In this document: piece by piece, positions 40,572-49,212 of the stretch | Layout of the letters: the number at the start of each line of letters is the position of its first letter | How positions within the stretch are numbered: position 1 is the stretch's first letter | Source of the DNA: an archaeon | GTDB lineage: Archaea > Undinarchaeota > CAZHTU01 > JBDRCC01 | Direction of reading: 5' to 3' | Length of the DNA stretch: 64,000 nt | NCBI GenBank assembly: GCA_043822065.1 | Contig: JBDRCC010000007.1 | Coordinates: forward strand, 32,001-96,000 | The notes under the pieces: model-generated | Databases searched by the model: none | The model's input: only the letters and a program-made list of their open reading frames with translations | Told to the model about the DNA's origin: nothing | Made by a program: the position numbers and the translations under genes

Positions 40572-40699
40572 AGTTTGTTCGAAAAGCGGATTTATTATAT
40601 ACTTTCCGCTTATTAAACGGCACAGGAAATCATCTCCTGTCAAGCCAAAACTAATAAAAGCAAGCACCAATATTACCTTCCCACTTTCTATCTGTCCGT

Positions 40700-40787
40700 G
40701 CGGAGGTGGCACAATCTGGTACTGCGCAAGCCTGGAAAGCTTGTGGGCCCTTGGCCCTTGGGAGTTCAAATCTCCCCCTCCGCGCCA
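40700..40787 (+). tRNA. tRNA-Ser(GGA), CCA encoded
   Basis: GCGGAGG/CCTCCGC + G + CCA, CAAGC-CTGGAAA-GCTTG, variable arm GGGCC/GGCCC. Confidence 0.95.
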
Positions 40788-40836
40788 TACTATCCGACAG
40801 CAAACTTCAAGAACAGGATTGCCTTACATAAATAAT

Positions 40837-41799
40837 ATGGCACATTACAGCCGATTTTTCGCCTATGGGCTCGTGGCGATTGTTTTGTTAGTTTCGACCG
40901 CGACGGCATATGTGAACCCTCCAGCATGCCCGCCTGATGCCCAGTTTGGACTAAAGCCGATGGATGAGGGTCTCGCCAGCGAATCGCTTTGCCGCGGGGC
41001 GTGCGGCCCGGACTGCCCGGATACGTGCACGGATGAGCCGGATGAACAGATTTGCATTACTGACTCCTCAGACGAGTCATTCTACACATGCACCTACACT
41101 GGGATAAAGCGGTGCGGGACGCATGAGGCGTGTATCGTGCACGACGCGCGCTATGACGCGTGCGCGGAAAAGGGTGAGACCAAGCTATGCCTCGAAGGTG
41201 GCTGGTGCCACTGCCGTGCAGACTTCATGTGCGGTGTAAACTCGTGGTACTCCCCATGGAACTGCTTCTCCTGGAAGAATGGCGAGGGGCCTTACACAGG
41301 TTACCAGAAATACTACGCAAAGGTGGTCGAGGACGGGCCGTTCCCGTATTGCCCTGGGAAGGAGCCAGAGAAAATCGCAGAGGTCGTGGCAGGCGATGCA
41401 TCATGCAAAATAATCGAGAAATACACCGGCGATGTCACGGGAGTACTCCGTAATATGGGCGCCAAATACGCCAGGATTTATGAGATACGTTCATCCGGTT
41501 CCATGTCTGGCTCGGTAGGGGCTAAGATGGACCTCTCAACAGATCCGATAGTGGGCACTGCGACGCCAGCTCAGCTGGACTGTGGCGGGTGGATGAACGA
41601 CTTGTTCTCCAGCGGGTGCGTGAGGCAATCAAATTCCGCGCCTGAACTGGCAGAGTGGTCGTATACTACGAGGGCCTACGGAGAACAGGTCAATGTGAAC
41701 CCCAACCTCCAGGTAAAAGTCAATTTGAAAGCGAGCATTGATTACAAGACCATGGACGAGGCGACTGCCACAGCAACCTGCCCTGCAGTGAATTATTAG
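40837..41799 (+). CDS. Secreted Cys-rich protein with PLA2-like CxxHD motif
   Basis: Signal peptide ending ATA-Y; CRGACGPDCPDTC; ACIVHDARYDAC; beta-rich C-terminal domain. Confidence 0.8.
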   Translation: MAHYSRFFAYGLVAIVLLVSTATAYVNPPACPPDAQFGLKPMDEGLASESLCRGACGPDCPDTCTDEPDEQICITDSSDESFYTCTYTGIKRCGTHEACIVHDARYDACAEKGETKLCLEGGWCHCRADFMCGVNSWYSPWNCFSWKNGEGPYTGYQKYYAKVVEDGPFPYCPGKEPEKIAEVVAGDASCKIIEKYTGDVTGVLRNMGAKYARIYEIRSSGSMSGSVGAKMDLSTDPIVGTATPAQLDCGGWMNDLFSSGCVRQSNSAPELAEWSYTTRAYGEQVNVNPNLQVKVNLKASIDYKTMDEATATATCPAVNY

Positions 41800-41849
41800 C
41801 GTTTTATGGATGAATCTGGGTGACTTTCGTGCCGCTAACTCAACTTGCG

Positions 41850-41864
41850 CCCCCTCCGCGCCAT
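41850..41864 (+). repeat. attR-like duplicate of the tRNA-Ser(GGA) 3' end
   Basis: 15/15 identity to 40774-40788. Confidence 0.8.
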
Positions 41865-41907
41865 CTCTGTCAAAAGCTTTAATAACTGCCTCAACTGTAT
41901 CAAGTGC

Positions 41908-43080
41908 ATGGGGGTTGGTTCATCTCTCAAGGGCAACCGCTACTTTAAAATTTTTCTTATATTCCTCGGCATCTACCTTTTCCTGTGCGCCCTGACCGGA
42001 TTCAAGGACAGCTGGGTCATGGCGTTCGCAATCGGGGGGAAGGAAAGCTTCGCAAGGAAGGTTGTCGGCGGCGTTGTCCAGAACCCGTTTACAGCTCTTT
42101 TTGCAGGAATACTCGCTACATCCCTAATCCAGAGCAGCTCCGCGACGGTTGCGATAACTATTGCGATGGTCGCGGCAGGCGGCATTACCATTGCCGAGTC
42201 AGTTCCACTCATCATGGGCGCAAACATCGGCACCACTGTGACGATGACTCTCGTAAGCATGGCATATGCCTTCCGGAAGCAGGAATTCTCAAAGGTAGTC
42301 CCAGCCGCCCTTGTTGACGACTTGTTCAAGTTCTTCAACGTAGCAATATTCTTCGCTTTGGAGCTCACGACGCATGTGCTAAGCAGGACCGCCGCGTACA
42401 TCTCGCAGTTCTTGGGCGCCCTTCCCCTCTTTGGGGAGTTCCTCAGCCTCTTCCCCGACTTTGTTGACATCCTGACCGCGCCAATCGTCGGCCCGATGTC
42501 TGGCGCCATCGCCGGTGCATTGGGCGAAACCCCCCTTTCCGCACTTGCTCTTGGCATCGCCTCGTTTATGCTCCTGGCGTACGGGCTGAAAGTAATGTCA
42601 GACTCTGTCCGGGACCTCACTGAGTCGCAGGCGGACCACTTGCTGAAAAAGGCATTCAAGAATCCTCGGCGGAGCCTTGCCGTCGGATTTTCGCTCTGCT
42701 GGATACTGCAGTCCAGCTCGGTCGCAACTTCCTTGATTGTCCCGTTTGTCGCAGCAGGGCTCGTTAAGGTGAAGGATGTCTACCACTACGCCATGGGCGC
42801 AGCGCTTGGAACGACCTGCGACGCCGGGCAGATTATTTCCTACTTGAAATTCGGGCTAATCGGGCTTGGCGTCGGCCTCGTCCACGTCCTCCTCAACCTT
42901 TTTGGCATTATCATATTCTCTTTCGTGCCAGTCCTGAAAGACCTTCCCATATTGGTCGCCGAAAAAATAGGGGATAGCATCGCCCGCTCCAAGCAGGGCG
43001 CGCTGCTTTTCATTATCCTGGTTGTGGCGGTTTTTTATATACTGCCGCTATTAGTGATATTTATTGGAGGGGGACTATGA
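41908..43080 (+). CDS. Na+/phosphate symporter (NptA/SLC34 family)
   Basis: Two QSSS repeats (LIQSSSAT, ILQSSSVATS), MGANIGTT, GAALGTT. Confidence 0.93.
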   Translation: MGVGSSLKGNRYFKIFLIFLGIYLFLCALTGFKDSWVMAFAIGGKESFARKVVGGVVQNPFTALFAGILATSLIQSSSATVAITIAMVAAGGITIAESVPLIMGANIGTTVTMTLVSMAYAFRKQEFSKVVPAALVDDLFKFFNVAIFFALELTTHVLSRTAAYISQFLGALPLFGEFLSLFPDFVDILTAPIVGPMSGAIAGALGETPLSALALGIASFMLLAYGLKVMSDSVRDLTESQADHLLKKAFKNPRRSLAVGFSLCWILQSSSVATSLIVPFVAAGLVKVKDVYHYAMGAALGTTCDAGQIISYLKFGLIGLGVGLVHVLLNLFGIIIFSFVPVLKDLPILVAEKIGDSIARSKQGALLFIILVVAVFYILPLLVIFIGGGL

Positions 43081-43724
43081 GCTTTTCAGAAATAGTGAGG
43101 ATGGTCAAGAGCAATACATTCCTATCGGAGGCGCTTGAGTCCTCAAAGATCATGCACACAAAAGTGCTGGAGATGATTGAGGACAGCTGGAAAGCGGTCG
43201 AGACTGGGGATAAGAAGCTCGCAGACGGCGTTATTGGCAGGGACGATGAGATCGATAACTTGGACAGGAAGATCCGCACTAATGTCCTTAACTACCTCTC
43301 CTCCATGCCAAAGGGCGGAAACGTGGCGCTTTCGCTCATACTTATCGACATATCGACCTACCTTGAGCGGACTGCGGACCACGCAGTCTGGATTGCAGAG
43401 GCTGCCCGCAGGTCTCCTCACCTGAGTGAGGGCCCATACAAAAAGAAGCTTCTCCAGCTCAAAGGTCTTGTCGTGAAAGTCGGCAACGGCGCAAAAGTCG
43501 CCTTCAAGGAGAGCGACCCCGAGAAAGCCAAGGCAGTGCTCCAGGACGTAGAAACGTCCAAACGGCTTTTCTTTGAGATTGTCGACGCGCTCCGCGAGGA
43601 CAAGAAGATTTCAACTTCACAGGCAATCTACAAATGGACCATCGCCCAGGAGCTGAGGCGCATGACGCAGTATGCGAAGAATATCGCGCTTAACGTTCTG
43701 GAGCCTTATCCGGACGCGAAGTAA
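43077..43724 (+). CDS. PhoU-family phosphate uptake regulator
   Basis: DDEIDNLD, LERTADHA..IAE, second repeat LRRMTQYAKNIA; coupled to the Na/Pi gene. Confidence 0.88.
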   Translation: MSFSEIVRMVKSNTFLSEALESSKIMHTKVLEMIEDSWKAVETGDKKLADGVIGRDDEIDNLDRKIRTNVLNYLSSMPKGGNVALSLILIDISTYLERTADHAVWIAEAARRSPHLSEGPYKKKLLQLKGLVVKVGNGAKVAFKESDPEKAKAVLQDVETSKRLFFEIVDALREDKKISTSQAIYKWTIAQELRRMTQYAKNIALNVLEPYPDAK

Positions 43725-44450
43725 TCAGGCGAGGCTTTCGGCAAATTTTGCCAGTGCAGAGAACACCGCAGTCTTTTCCAGCTTGGCAGCGTCGCCCAAG
43801 GAAGCCTCAATCTCCGGGTCGTAGGGAATCGCTCCAATCTGTGTTACTCCAGTCTCTCTGCAGAGCGCGCTTACAATAGCTGCTTCCCCGCAGGACATAT
43901 TTTCCGCAATTCCCAAGATGCTTATGCGTTCGCTCTTTAGGAGCCCGATAACCTTTCTCGCAGTTTCCGCTGCAAGCTTGGAGTTCATTGTAAGTATAAG
44001 GAACTCTGCGCCCTTAAGGTAGCGGACGACGTCAAGCATAGCGTCCCCAAGCCCCGGCGGCATGTCGATTATCAGGTAGTCGAGCTCGCCCCATTTGGTT
44101 ATTGCAAGCAGCTCGACAATTGCGTTTGTGACGTCTTCGCCCCTGAATGGCGACGGCGTGCCTCTGGCGTAGTAGTTAATCGTCATATATTCTATGCCCT
44201 TGAACTTAGGCGGTATAACCCCATTCTTCTCTTCCGGAAACAGTCCCTTCGCCCCAAGCACAAGGTGGGTTGACGGGCTCGTCAGGTCAAGGTCAAGCAG
44301 GCCGACCCGTTTCCCGCCCTTCGCAAGCGCGAGCGCAAGGGTCGAGGCGACCACGCTTTTCCCGATTCCGCCCTTGCCCCCTGAAACCGCTATAATCCGC
44401 TTGACATCTTCCAGGTTATTTCCTATTATCGCCTCTCTTGGGTCAATCAT
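43725..44450 (-). CDS. Mrp/MinD-family ATPase, Thermococcales-type HypB
   Basis: MIDPRE start, SGKGGIGKS, WGELDYLIIDMPPG, ENMS without CxxC; ATGA-coupled to hypA. Confidence 0.88.
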   Translation of the reverse strand: MIDPREAIIGNNLEDVKRIIAVSGGKGGIGKSVVASTLALALAKGGKRVGLLDLDLTSPSTHLVLGAKGLFPEEKNGVIPPKFKGIEYMTINYYARGTPSPFRGEDVTNAIVELLAITKWGELDYLIIDMPPGLGDAMLDVVRYLKGAEFLILTMNSKLAAETARKVIGLLKSERISILGIAENMSCGEAAIVSALCRETGVTQIGAIPYDPEIEASLGDAAKLEKTAVFSALAKFAESLA

Positions 44451-44860
44451 TTTGTCCCCTTTATCGACAAGACAGAGACTCCCCTGCCGCCGATGACCTC
44501 GAAATCGTGGCTTCCGCATTTTGGGCACTTCATGAATGCGTGCGCCATCTCCGGGATGAAGTGGATTGCTTCGGATATCTCTTCCCCCATTTCGCCCTTA
44601 ATCCCCTTTGGCGACCACACCTTCTGGCAGTTCCTACACTTCATGGATGCGCCCTTCTGCCGAATTGTGATTTTGGTCTTCTTCGTCACTTTGCTCTCAG
44701 GGCGGATTCCCTGGGTTATGGCAAACCGGAATGTCTCTGTGCTTATCTGCTGGAGCTTGCCGAGCTCGACAGCAATCTTCGTGATCCTCTTCAGCCCTTT
44801 CTTTTCCGCAAAATCGTCCGCAGTCCTTACGACCGCTTCTGCCAGCGCCCATTCGTGCAT
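44447..44860 (-). CDS. hypA: Hydrogenase nickel incorporation protein HypA
   Basis: MHEWALA, CRNC, IHFIPE, CPKCGSHDFEV..GRG. Confidence 0.95.
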   Translation of the reverse strand: MHEWALAEAVVRTADDFAEKKGLKRITKIAVELGKLQQISTETFRFAITQGIRPESKVTKKTKITIRQKGASMKCRNCQKVWSPKGIKGEMGEEISEAIHFIPEMAHAFMKCPKCGSHDFEVIGGRGVSVLSIKGTK

Positions 44861-44938
44861 GCAGAGTATCAGACGCCCCAAATTTAAACGTTTACTGCCG
44901 TCAAAAGGTTCATATACCGAGCCGCCAAAAATATTTAT

Positions 44939-46375
44939 ATGGATATCAAGCTGCTCAAAACGGACGAAAGCCGTGTCGCGTACATGATTTTCCGCGATTA
45001 CCTGTCTGGCACGGACGAGCAGGTTCTTGACGAGATTATCCGCAAGATGAAGGATATTGCTGTCCTTAACTCGCAGGGCGTCTTCACACTCTCGAAAGCG
45101 CTTCTTGTGGACATAGGGCTCGAAATTAATGTGGAAACGCGGAAGCTGCTTTCGCAGCAGGTGCTGACAATTAGGTTTTTGTCTGATGAGAACCTCCCTG
45201 ACGAGAACAATAAAATCCGCATCCAGCTTGTCAGGCGGCTGATTGAATTCTATTCAAAGTACTCTCCAGTTGCCTCCGATAGCGAAAATGCAGATGTTAC
45301 GGCGGCGATACAGAAGCATTTCAAGACGATCAAGAAAATCACCGACTACCTGATGGGGGAAGTGCACAAGGACGAGCGCCCGGAGCTCCTAGTGGAGCTT
45401 GCAAGGGCGCACCTTGCGATGGCGAACTGGTACCGGCGCCTGGAGGACTACGAGAACGTCGACGAGCAGACAGAAGCCGCTCTTGAGGACATGTGCGGCC
45501 AGCACAGCGACGTCCTGTTCGACATAACCCGCACGAGAGGCGTTGCACTTTGGAGGCTTGGCAGGCACAAGGAGGCAAAAACCGCCTTTGAAGGCTGCCT
45601 GAAGCTCGCCGAGAGCGGGCTCTTCAAAGGCAAAGAGCAGAAAAAGAGGATACAGCAGGCGGCAGGGAGCCTTGGAAACGTCCTTGTCGATCTTGGCGAG
45701 CATAACGACGCTGTCAAGAACCTTCTCAAATCGCTCATTATGATACAGGACCTTGGCACCCCCACTGACCTATGCATGGCATATAACAACGTCGGCACAG
45801 CTTATGATGACATGGACGATTCAGAATATGCCCAGCTGGACGAGAAGTTTAAGGCGGAGGGGACAAAGTGGCGCGATGCGATACATTACTACGAACTGGG
45901 GATAAAAGTCGCTGGCAAGCCGTCCGAGGGCGACAAGGCTGCAAACGACTCACTATGCAGGATACTTGCAAACGCGGCAAGGGCGTACGCCCAGAGCGGC
46001 GCGGCAAACTGCCAGCCGCAGGCGTATAAACTACTCACTCACGCAGACGAGATATACAAAAAAGGTTTGACACTCGGCAGCCACGAGCTTAAGTCGATAA
46101 TACTCTACGGTTGGGGCATCCATTACTACGTCCGCGGAAAGGAGCGGCACGGGGATGCTGAGAAGCGCTTCAAGGACAGCCTCAAGGAACTGGAGGGCAC
46201 AGGCGCGCTGGACTACAAAGCAAGGAGCCATGAGTTCCTTGGAATCCTCTACGAGAAAAAGGGTCAGCTTGGGAACGCCAAAGACGCCTATCAGGAGGCG
46301 TTAGAGCTGTATCAAAAGACGCACCAGGCGCGCAGGATTGCAAAGCTCAAGACCACCCTCGACAGGCTCGGCTAA
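44939..46375 (+). CDS. Tetratricopeptide repeat protein
   Basis: Repeated helical units (SLGNVLVDLGEHNDAV, YNNVGTAY, FLGILYEKKGQ..AYQEALELY). Confidence 0.85.
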   Translation: MDIKLLKTDESRVAYMIFRDYLSGTDEQVLDEIIRKMKDIAVLNSQGVFTLSKALLVDIGLEINVETRKLLSQQVLTIRFLSDENLPDENNKIRIQLVRRLIEFYSKYSPVASDSENADVTAAIQKHFKTIKKITDYLMGEVHKDERPELLVELARAHLAMANWYRRLEDYENVDEQTEAALEDMCGQHSDVLFDITRTRGVALWRLGRHKEAKTAFEGCLKLAESGLFKGKEQKKRIQQAAGSLGNVLVDLGEHNDAVKNLLKSLIMIQDLGTPTDLCMAYNNVGTAYDDMDDSEYAQLDEKFKAEGTKWRDAIHYYELGIKVAGKPSEGDKAANDSLCRILANAARAYAQSGAANCQPQAYKLLTHADEIYKKGLTLGSHELKSIILYGWGIHYYVRGKERHGDAEKRFKDSLKELEGTGALDYKARSHEFLGILYEKKGQLGNAKDAYQEALELYQKTHQARRIAKLKTTLDRLG

Positions 46376-46378
46376 TCT

Positions 46379-46391
46379 AAACCTTTATAAA
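46379..46391 (+). promoter_or_regulatory. BRE/TATA promoter core of the rps13 operon
   Basis: AAACCTTTATAAA. Confidence 0.75.
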
Positions 46392-46410
46392 CCCCGTATC
46401 CTAATATATC

Positions 46411-46482
46411 CGCACAAGCGCCGCCGGAAGGCGACCAATTGTGCGAGGACGCAATCCTAATTGTCCTGTCCTCTGCGCTTGT
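46411..46482 (+). promoter_or_regulatory. Structured 5' leader of the rps13 operon (candidate r-leader)
   Basis: ACAAGCGC/GCGCTTGT closing stem, CGCC-GGAA-GGCG hairpin, GAGGAC/GTCCTC hairpin. Confidence 0.55.
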
Positions 46483-46490
46483 TTGACTCA

Positions 46491-47111
46491 ATGGCTGAAT
46501 CTAAAGCACCTGAGAAGCAGATGAAAGAAGCTAAGCCCCAGGCGAAGCCGCAGGAGAAGCAGGCAAGGGAGCAAAAGCCCCAGGCCAAGGAAAACCTGGA
46601 CCCTAATTTTAACCAGATAATCCGCGTAGCTGGCGTCGACCTCGACGGGCACAAGAGGCTAAAGCGCGCCCTTAGGAAAATAATGGGTGTAAACCACCAG
46701 ATGTCACACGCCATAGTCTATCTCGCAGGGATCGGCGACAAGAAAGCGGGATATATCACTCCAGCTGAAGTCCAGAAGATTGAAGACATTATTCAGGATC
46801 CAGTCAAGAACGGGATGCCGGTATGGATGCTCAACCGCAGGAAAGACTACGAGACCGGCAAAGACATCCACCTCAGCGGGCTGTTCATATCCTCCAGCAA
46901 GAGAAACGACCTTAACAGGCTCCAGAAAATAAAGTCCTACCGCGGCCTGCGCCATGCAGTCGGGCTGAAAGTAAGGGGGCAGAGGACACGCTCCACTGGA
47001 CGGGGCAAGACCACAATCGGAGTCATAAGGGTCAAGACTAAGCCGGGCGCACCGCCCGCAAAGGCAGCCAAACCGGGCAAACCGGCCAAGCCGACCAAGG
47101 CGGCTAAGTAA
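46491..47111 (+). CDS. rps13: 30S ribosomal protein S13 (uS13) with N- and C-terminal extensions
   Basis: PVWMLNRRKDYETG, SYRGLRH..GLKVRGQRTRSTGR. Confidence 0.98.
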   Translation: MAESKAPEKQMKEAKPQAKPQEKQAREQKPQAKENLDPNFNQIIRVAGVDLDGHKRLKRALRKIMGVNHQMSHAIVYLAGIGDKKAGYITPAEVQKIEDIIQDPVKNGMPVWMLNRRKDYETGKDIHLSGLFISSSKRNDLNRLQKIKSYRGLRHAVGLKVRGQRTRSTGRGKTTIGVIRVKTKPGAPPAKAAKPGKPAKPTKAAK

Positions 47112-47116
47112 CCAAA

Positions 47117-47758
47117 ATGGGAGATCCAAAAAGAAGCAGGAAAAAATACTCAACTCCGCCGCACCCGTGGCAGGCTGAGCGGCTTTTGGCAGAAGCCAAA
47201 CTCTTGAAGTCATACGGCTTAAAGAGCAAGCACGAGCTTTGGAAGCACAAGACCCAGCTGGACAGATACCGCGAGCGCGCAAGGAAAATCGCAAGCATGA
47301 GGGGCGACCAGGGCGAGAGGCTCAAGAAGGAGCTCTTCTCAAAACTTACTACAATCGGCATCCTAAAAAAGCCGGAGCCGACGCTCGATGATGTCCGGAC
47401 ACTCAGTGTGGATGACTTCCTCAACAGGAGGCTCCAGACCTTCGTTTTTAGGAACGGGATGGCGTTCTCCCAGAAGCAGGCAAGGCAGTTCATAGTCCAC
47501 GGCCATATCACTGTTGGCCCAAACACAGTTTCAATCCCAAGCTACACAGTCTCAAAAGGCGAGGAAAGCCAAATAACGTTCAATCCGAACGGCAAGGTGC
47601 AGAAGGGGCACGCAGCAGTGCCTGCCGTCGTGAAGCACGAAGAGAAAAAATCGGGAAAGGCAGACGCTTCAAAGGCAGCGAAGAAGCTTGACGAAGTTGT
47701 CGAGACCGAAAAAGTGCTTGACAAGATAGCCGAAGTTGTGGAGGAGACCAATGAGTAG
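47117..47758 (+). CDS. rps4: 30S ribosomal protein S4 (uS4)
   Basis: [30 protein letters not shown]. Confidence 0.98.
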   Translation: MGDPKRSRKKYSTPPHPWQAERLLAEAKLLKSYGLKSKHELWKHKTQLDRYRERARKIASMRGDQGERLKKELFSKLTTIGILKKPEPTLDDVRTLSVDDFLNRRLQTFVFRNGMAFSQKQARQFIVHGHITVGPNTVSIPSYTVSKGEESQITFNPNGKVQKGHAAVPAVVKHEEKKSGKADASKAAKKLDEVVETEKVLDKIAEVVEETNE

Positions 47759-48146
47759 TCCGAAGGAGCGCTGGGGCATAGCCCACGTATTCGCGTCATT
47801 CAACGACACGATAATCACAATAACCGACATCAGCGGCGCCGAGACAATAGCAAGGTTCTCGGGCGGCATGATGGTCCGCTCCGACAGGGAGGAGTCCTCC
47901 CCGTACGCAGCAATGCAGGCAGCCCAGAGGGCAGCCGACGTTGCAAAAGAGCGCGGAATAACATGCATGAACGTAAAAGTCAGGGCGCCGGGCGGCCACC
48001 TTTCAAGGAGCCCAGGACCTGGGGCGCAGGCGACCATACGCGCACTCTCGCGCGCAGGCATAAAAATCGGCAAAATTGACGACGTCACTCCGATACCGCA
48101 CGACACTACCAAGGCGCCGGGCGGAAAGAGGGGGCGCAGGGTATGA
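47751..48146 (+). CDS. rps11: 30S ribosomal protein S11 (uS11)
   Basis: [30 protein letters not shown]. Confidence 0.98.
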   Translation: MSSPKERWGIAHVFASFNDTIITITDISGAETIARFSGGMMVRSDREESSPYAAMQAAQRAADVAKERGITCMNVKVRAPGGHLSRSPGPGAQATIRALSRAGIKIGKIDDVTPIPHDTTKAPGGKRGRRV

Positions 48147-48739
48147 AGATAAAAATCCTCGACCAGTCGGACACGAAAATAAGCTTCCAGCTTGAAGGCG
48201 CCACAACCGCGTTCGCAAACGCCCTCCGCCGGACGATGATTGCTTATGTCCCGACTTATGCTATAGATACTGTAGTGTTTGTCCAGAACTCCTCCATCCT
48301 CTACGACGAGATAGTTGCCCACCGGCTCGGGCTGATACCCCTCAAGACCGACCTTTCAGCCGACCTACTGCTCTCCAAGAAGACCCAAACAGTCAAGTTC
48401 ACCTTAGACAAAAAAGGCCCGTGTACGGTTTACTCCGCTGATCTGAAGACAAAGGACAAGGTTGTCAAGCCGGTGTACGAAAAGATGCCCATAGCAATGC
48501 TTGGCGCGGGGCATTCGCTTACCTTCGAGGCAGAGGCAATCCTTGGGATAGGAAAGGACCACGCCAAGTGGCAGCCGACCACAGTCTGCTACTACACCCA
48601 GCTGGAGGGCAAGAAGGACACATTCATATTCACCGTTGAAACATCCGGAGCACTTCCTCCGGAGAAGGTGGTGAAAACAGCCTCAAAGATACTCGAGCAG
48701 AAGGCAAAGGACTTTGAGTCTGCGATGAAGGAGCTATAA
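48143..48739 (+). CDS. rpoD: DNA-directed RNA polymerase subunit D (Rpo3), short form
   Basis: [38 protein letters not shown]. Confidence 0.96.
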   Translation: MKIKILDQSDTKISFQLEGATTAFANALRRTMIAYVPTYAIDTVVFVQNSSILYDEIVAHRLGLIPLKTDLSADLLLSKKTQTVKFTLDKKGPCTVYSADLKTKDKVVKPVYEKMPIAMLGAGHSLTFEAEAILGIGKDHAKWQPTTVCYYTQLEGKKDTFIFTVETSGALPPEKVVKTASKILEQKAKDFESAMKEL

Positions 48740-48746
48740 CTGCCGT

Positions 48747-48830
48747 GCGGGGGTTCCCGAGCGGCCAAAGGGGCAGGGCTTAGGACCCTGTGGCTTAGTG
48801 CCTTCGCGAGTTCGAATCTCGTCTCCCGCA
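48747..48830 (+). tRNA. tRNA-Leu(TAG)
   Basis: GCGGGGG/CTCCCGC + A73, CAGGG-CTTAGGA-CCCTG, variable arm, TTCGAAT. Confidence 0.95.
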
Positions 48831-48849
48831 TCCTTCAAAAAAACAGAAA

Positions 48850-49212
48850 ATGAAACCGACTGGACCAACAAACCCGGAAACAAAGAAGCTTGTTGAAGAG
48901 CTTGCCCAGCTTGGCAGAGACAGCAAGGTAAAGCTTTGGGCAGACCTATCCAGGCGCATCATAGTCTCAAGGCGCAGCAGGCCAGTGGTTAACCTCAGCA
49001 AGCTACAACGGTTTTATAACAAGGACGAGACAATAGTCGTCCCAGGCAAGGTCCTCGGCTCCGGCCAGCTGACTAGCAAGGTCAACGTTGCGGCGCTTGA
49101 GTTTTCCGGCTCCGCGGCTGAAAAGATAAAAGCAGCCGGCGGAAGCGCAATGACAATTCCGGAGCTTGCGAAGTCCAAAAAGGACGGAAAAAGAATCAGG
49201 ATAATAAAATGA
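48850..49212 (+). CDS. rpl18e: 50S ribosomal protein L18e
   Basis: VNLSKL, VVPGKVLGSG, FSGSAAEKI. Confidence 0.97.
   Translation: MKPTGPTNPETKKLVEELAQLGRDSKVKLWADLSRRIIVSRRSRPVVNLSKLQRFYNKDETIVVPGKVLGSGQLTSKVNVAALEFSGSAAEKIKAAGGSAMTIPELAKSKKDGKRIRIIK

Larger units (their letters stand above)
40774..41864. mobile_element. tRNA-integrated single-gene islet bounded by 15-bp direct repeats, no integrase
   Basis: CCCCCTCCGCGCCAT at 40774-40788 (tRNA 3' end) and again at 41850-41864. Confidence 0.7.

Noticed and set aside
40555-40836. Long upstream extensions of the Lrp and Cys-rich ORFs
   Set aside because: They run through tRNA-Ser(GGA); the internal ATGs give proper domain and signal-peptide starts.
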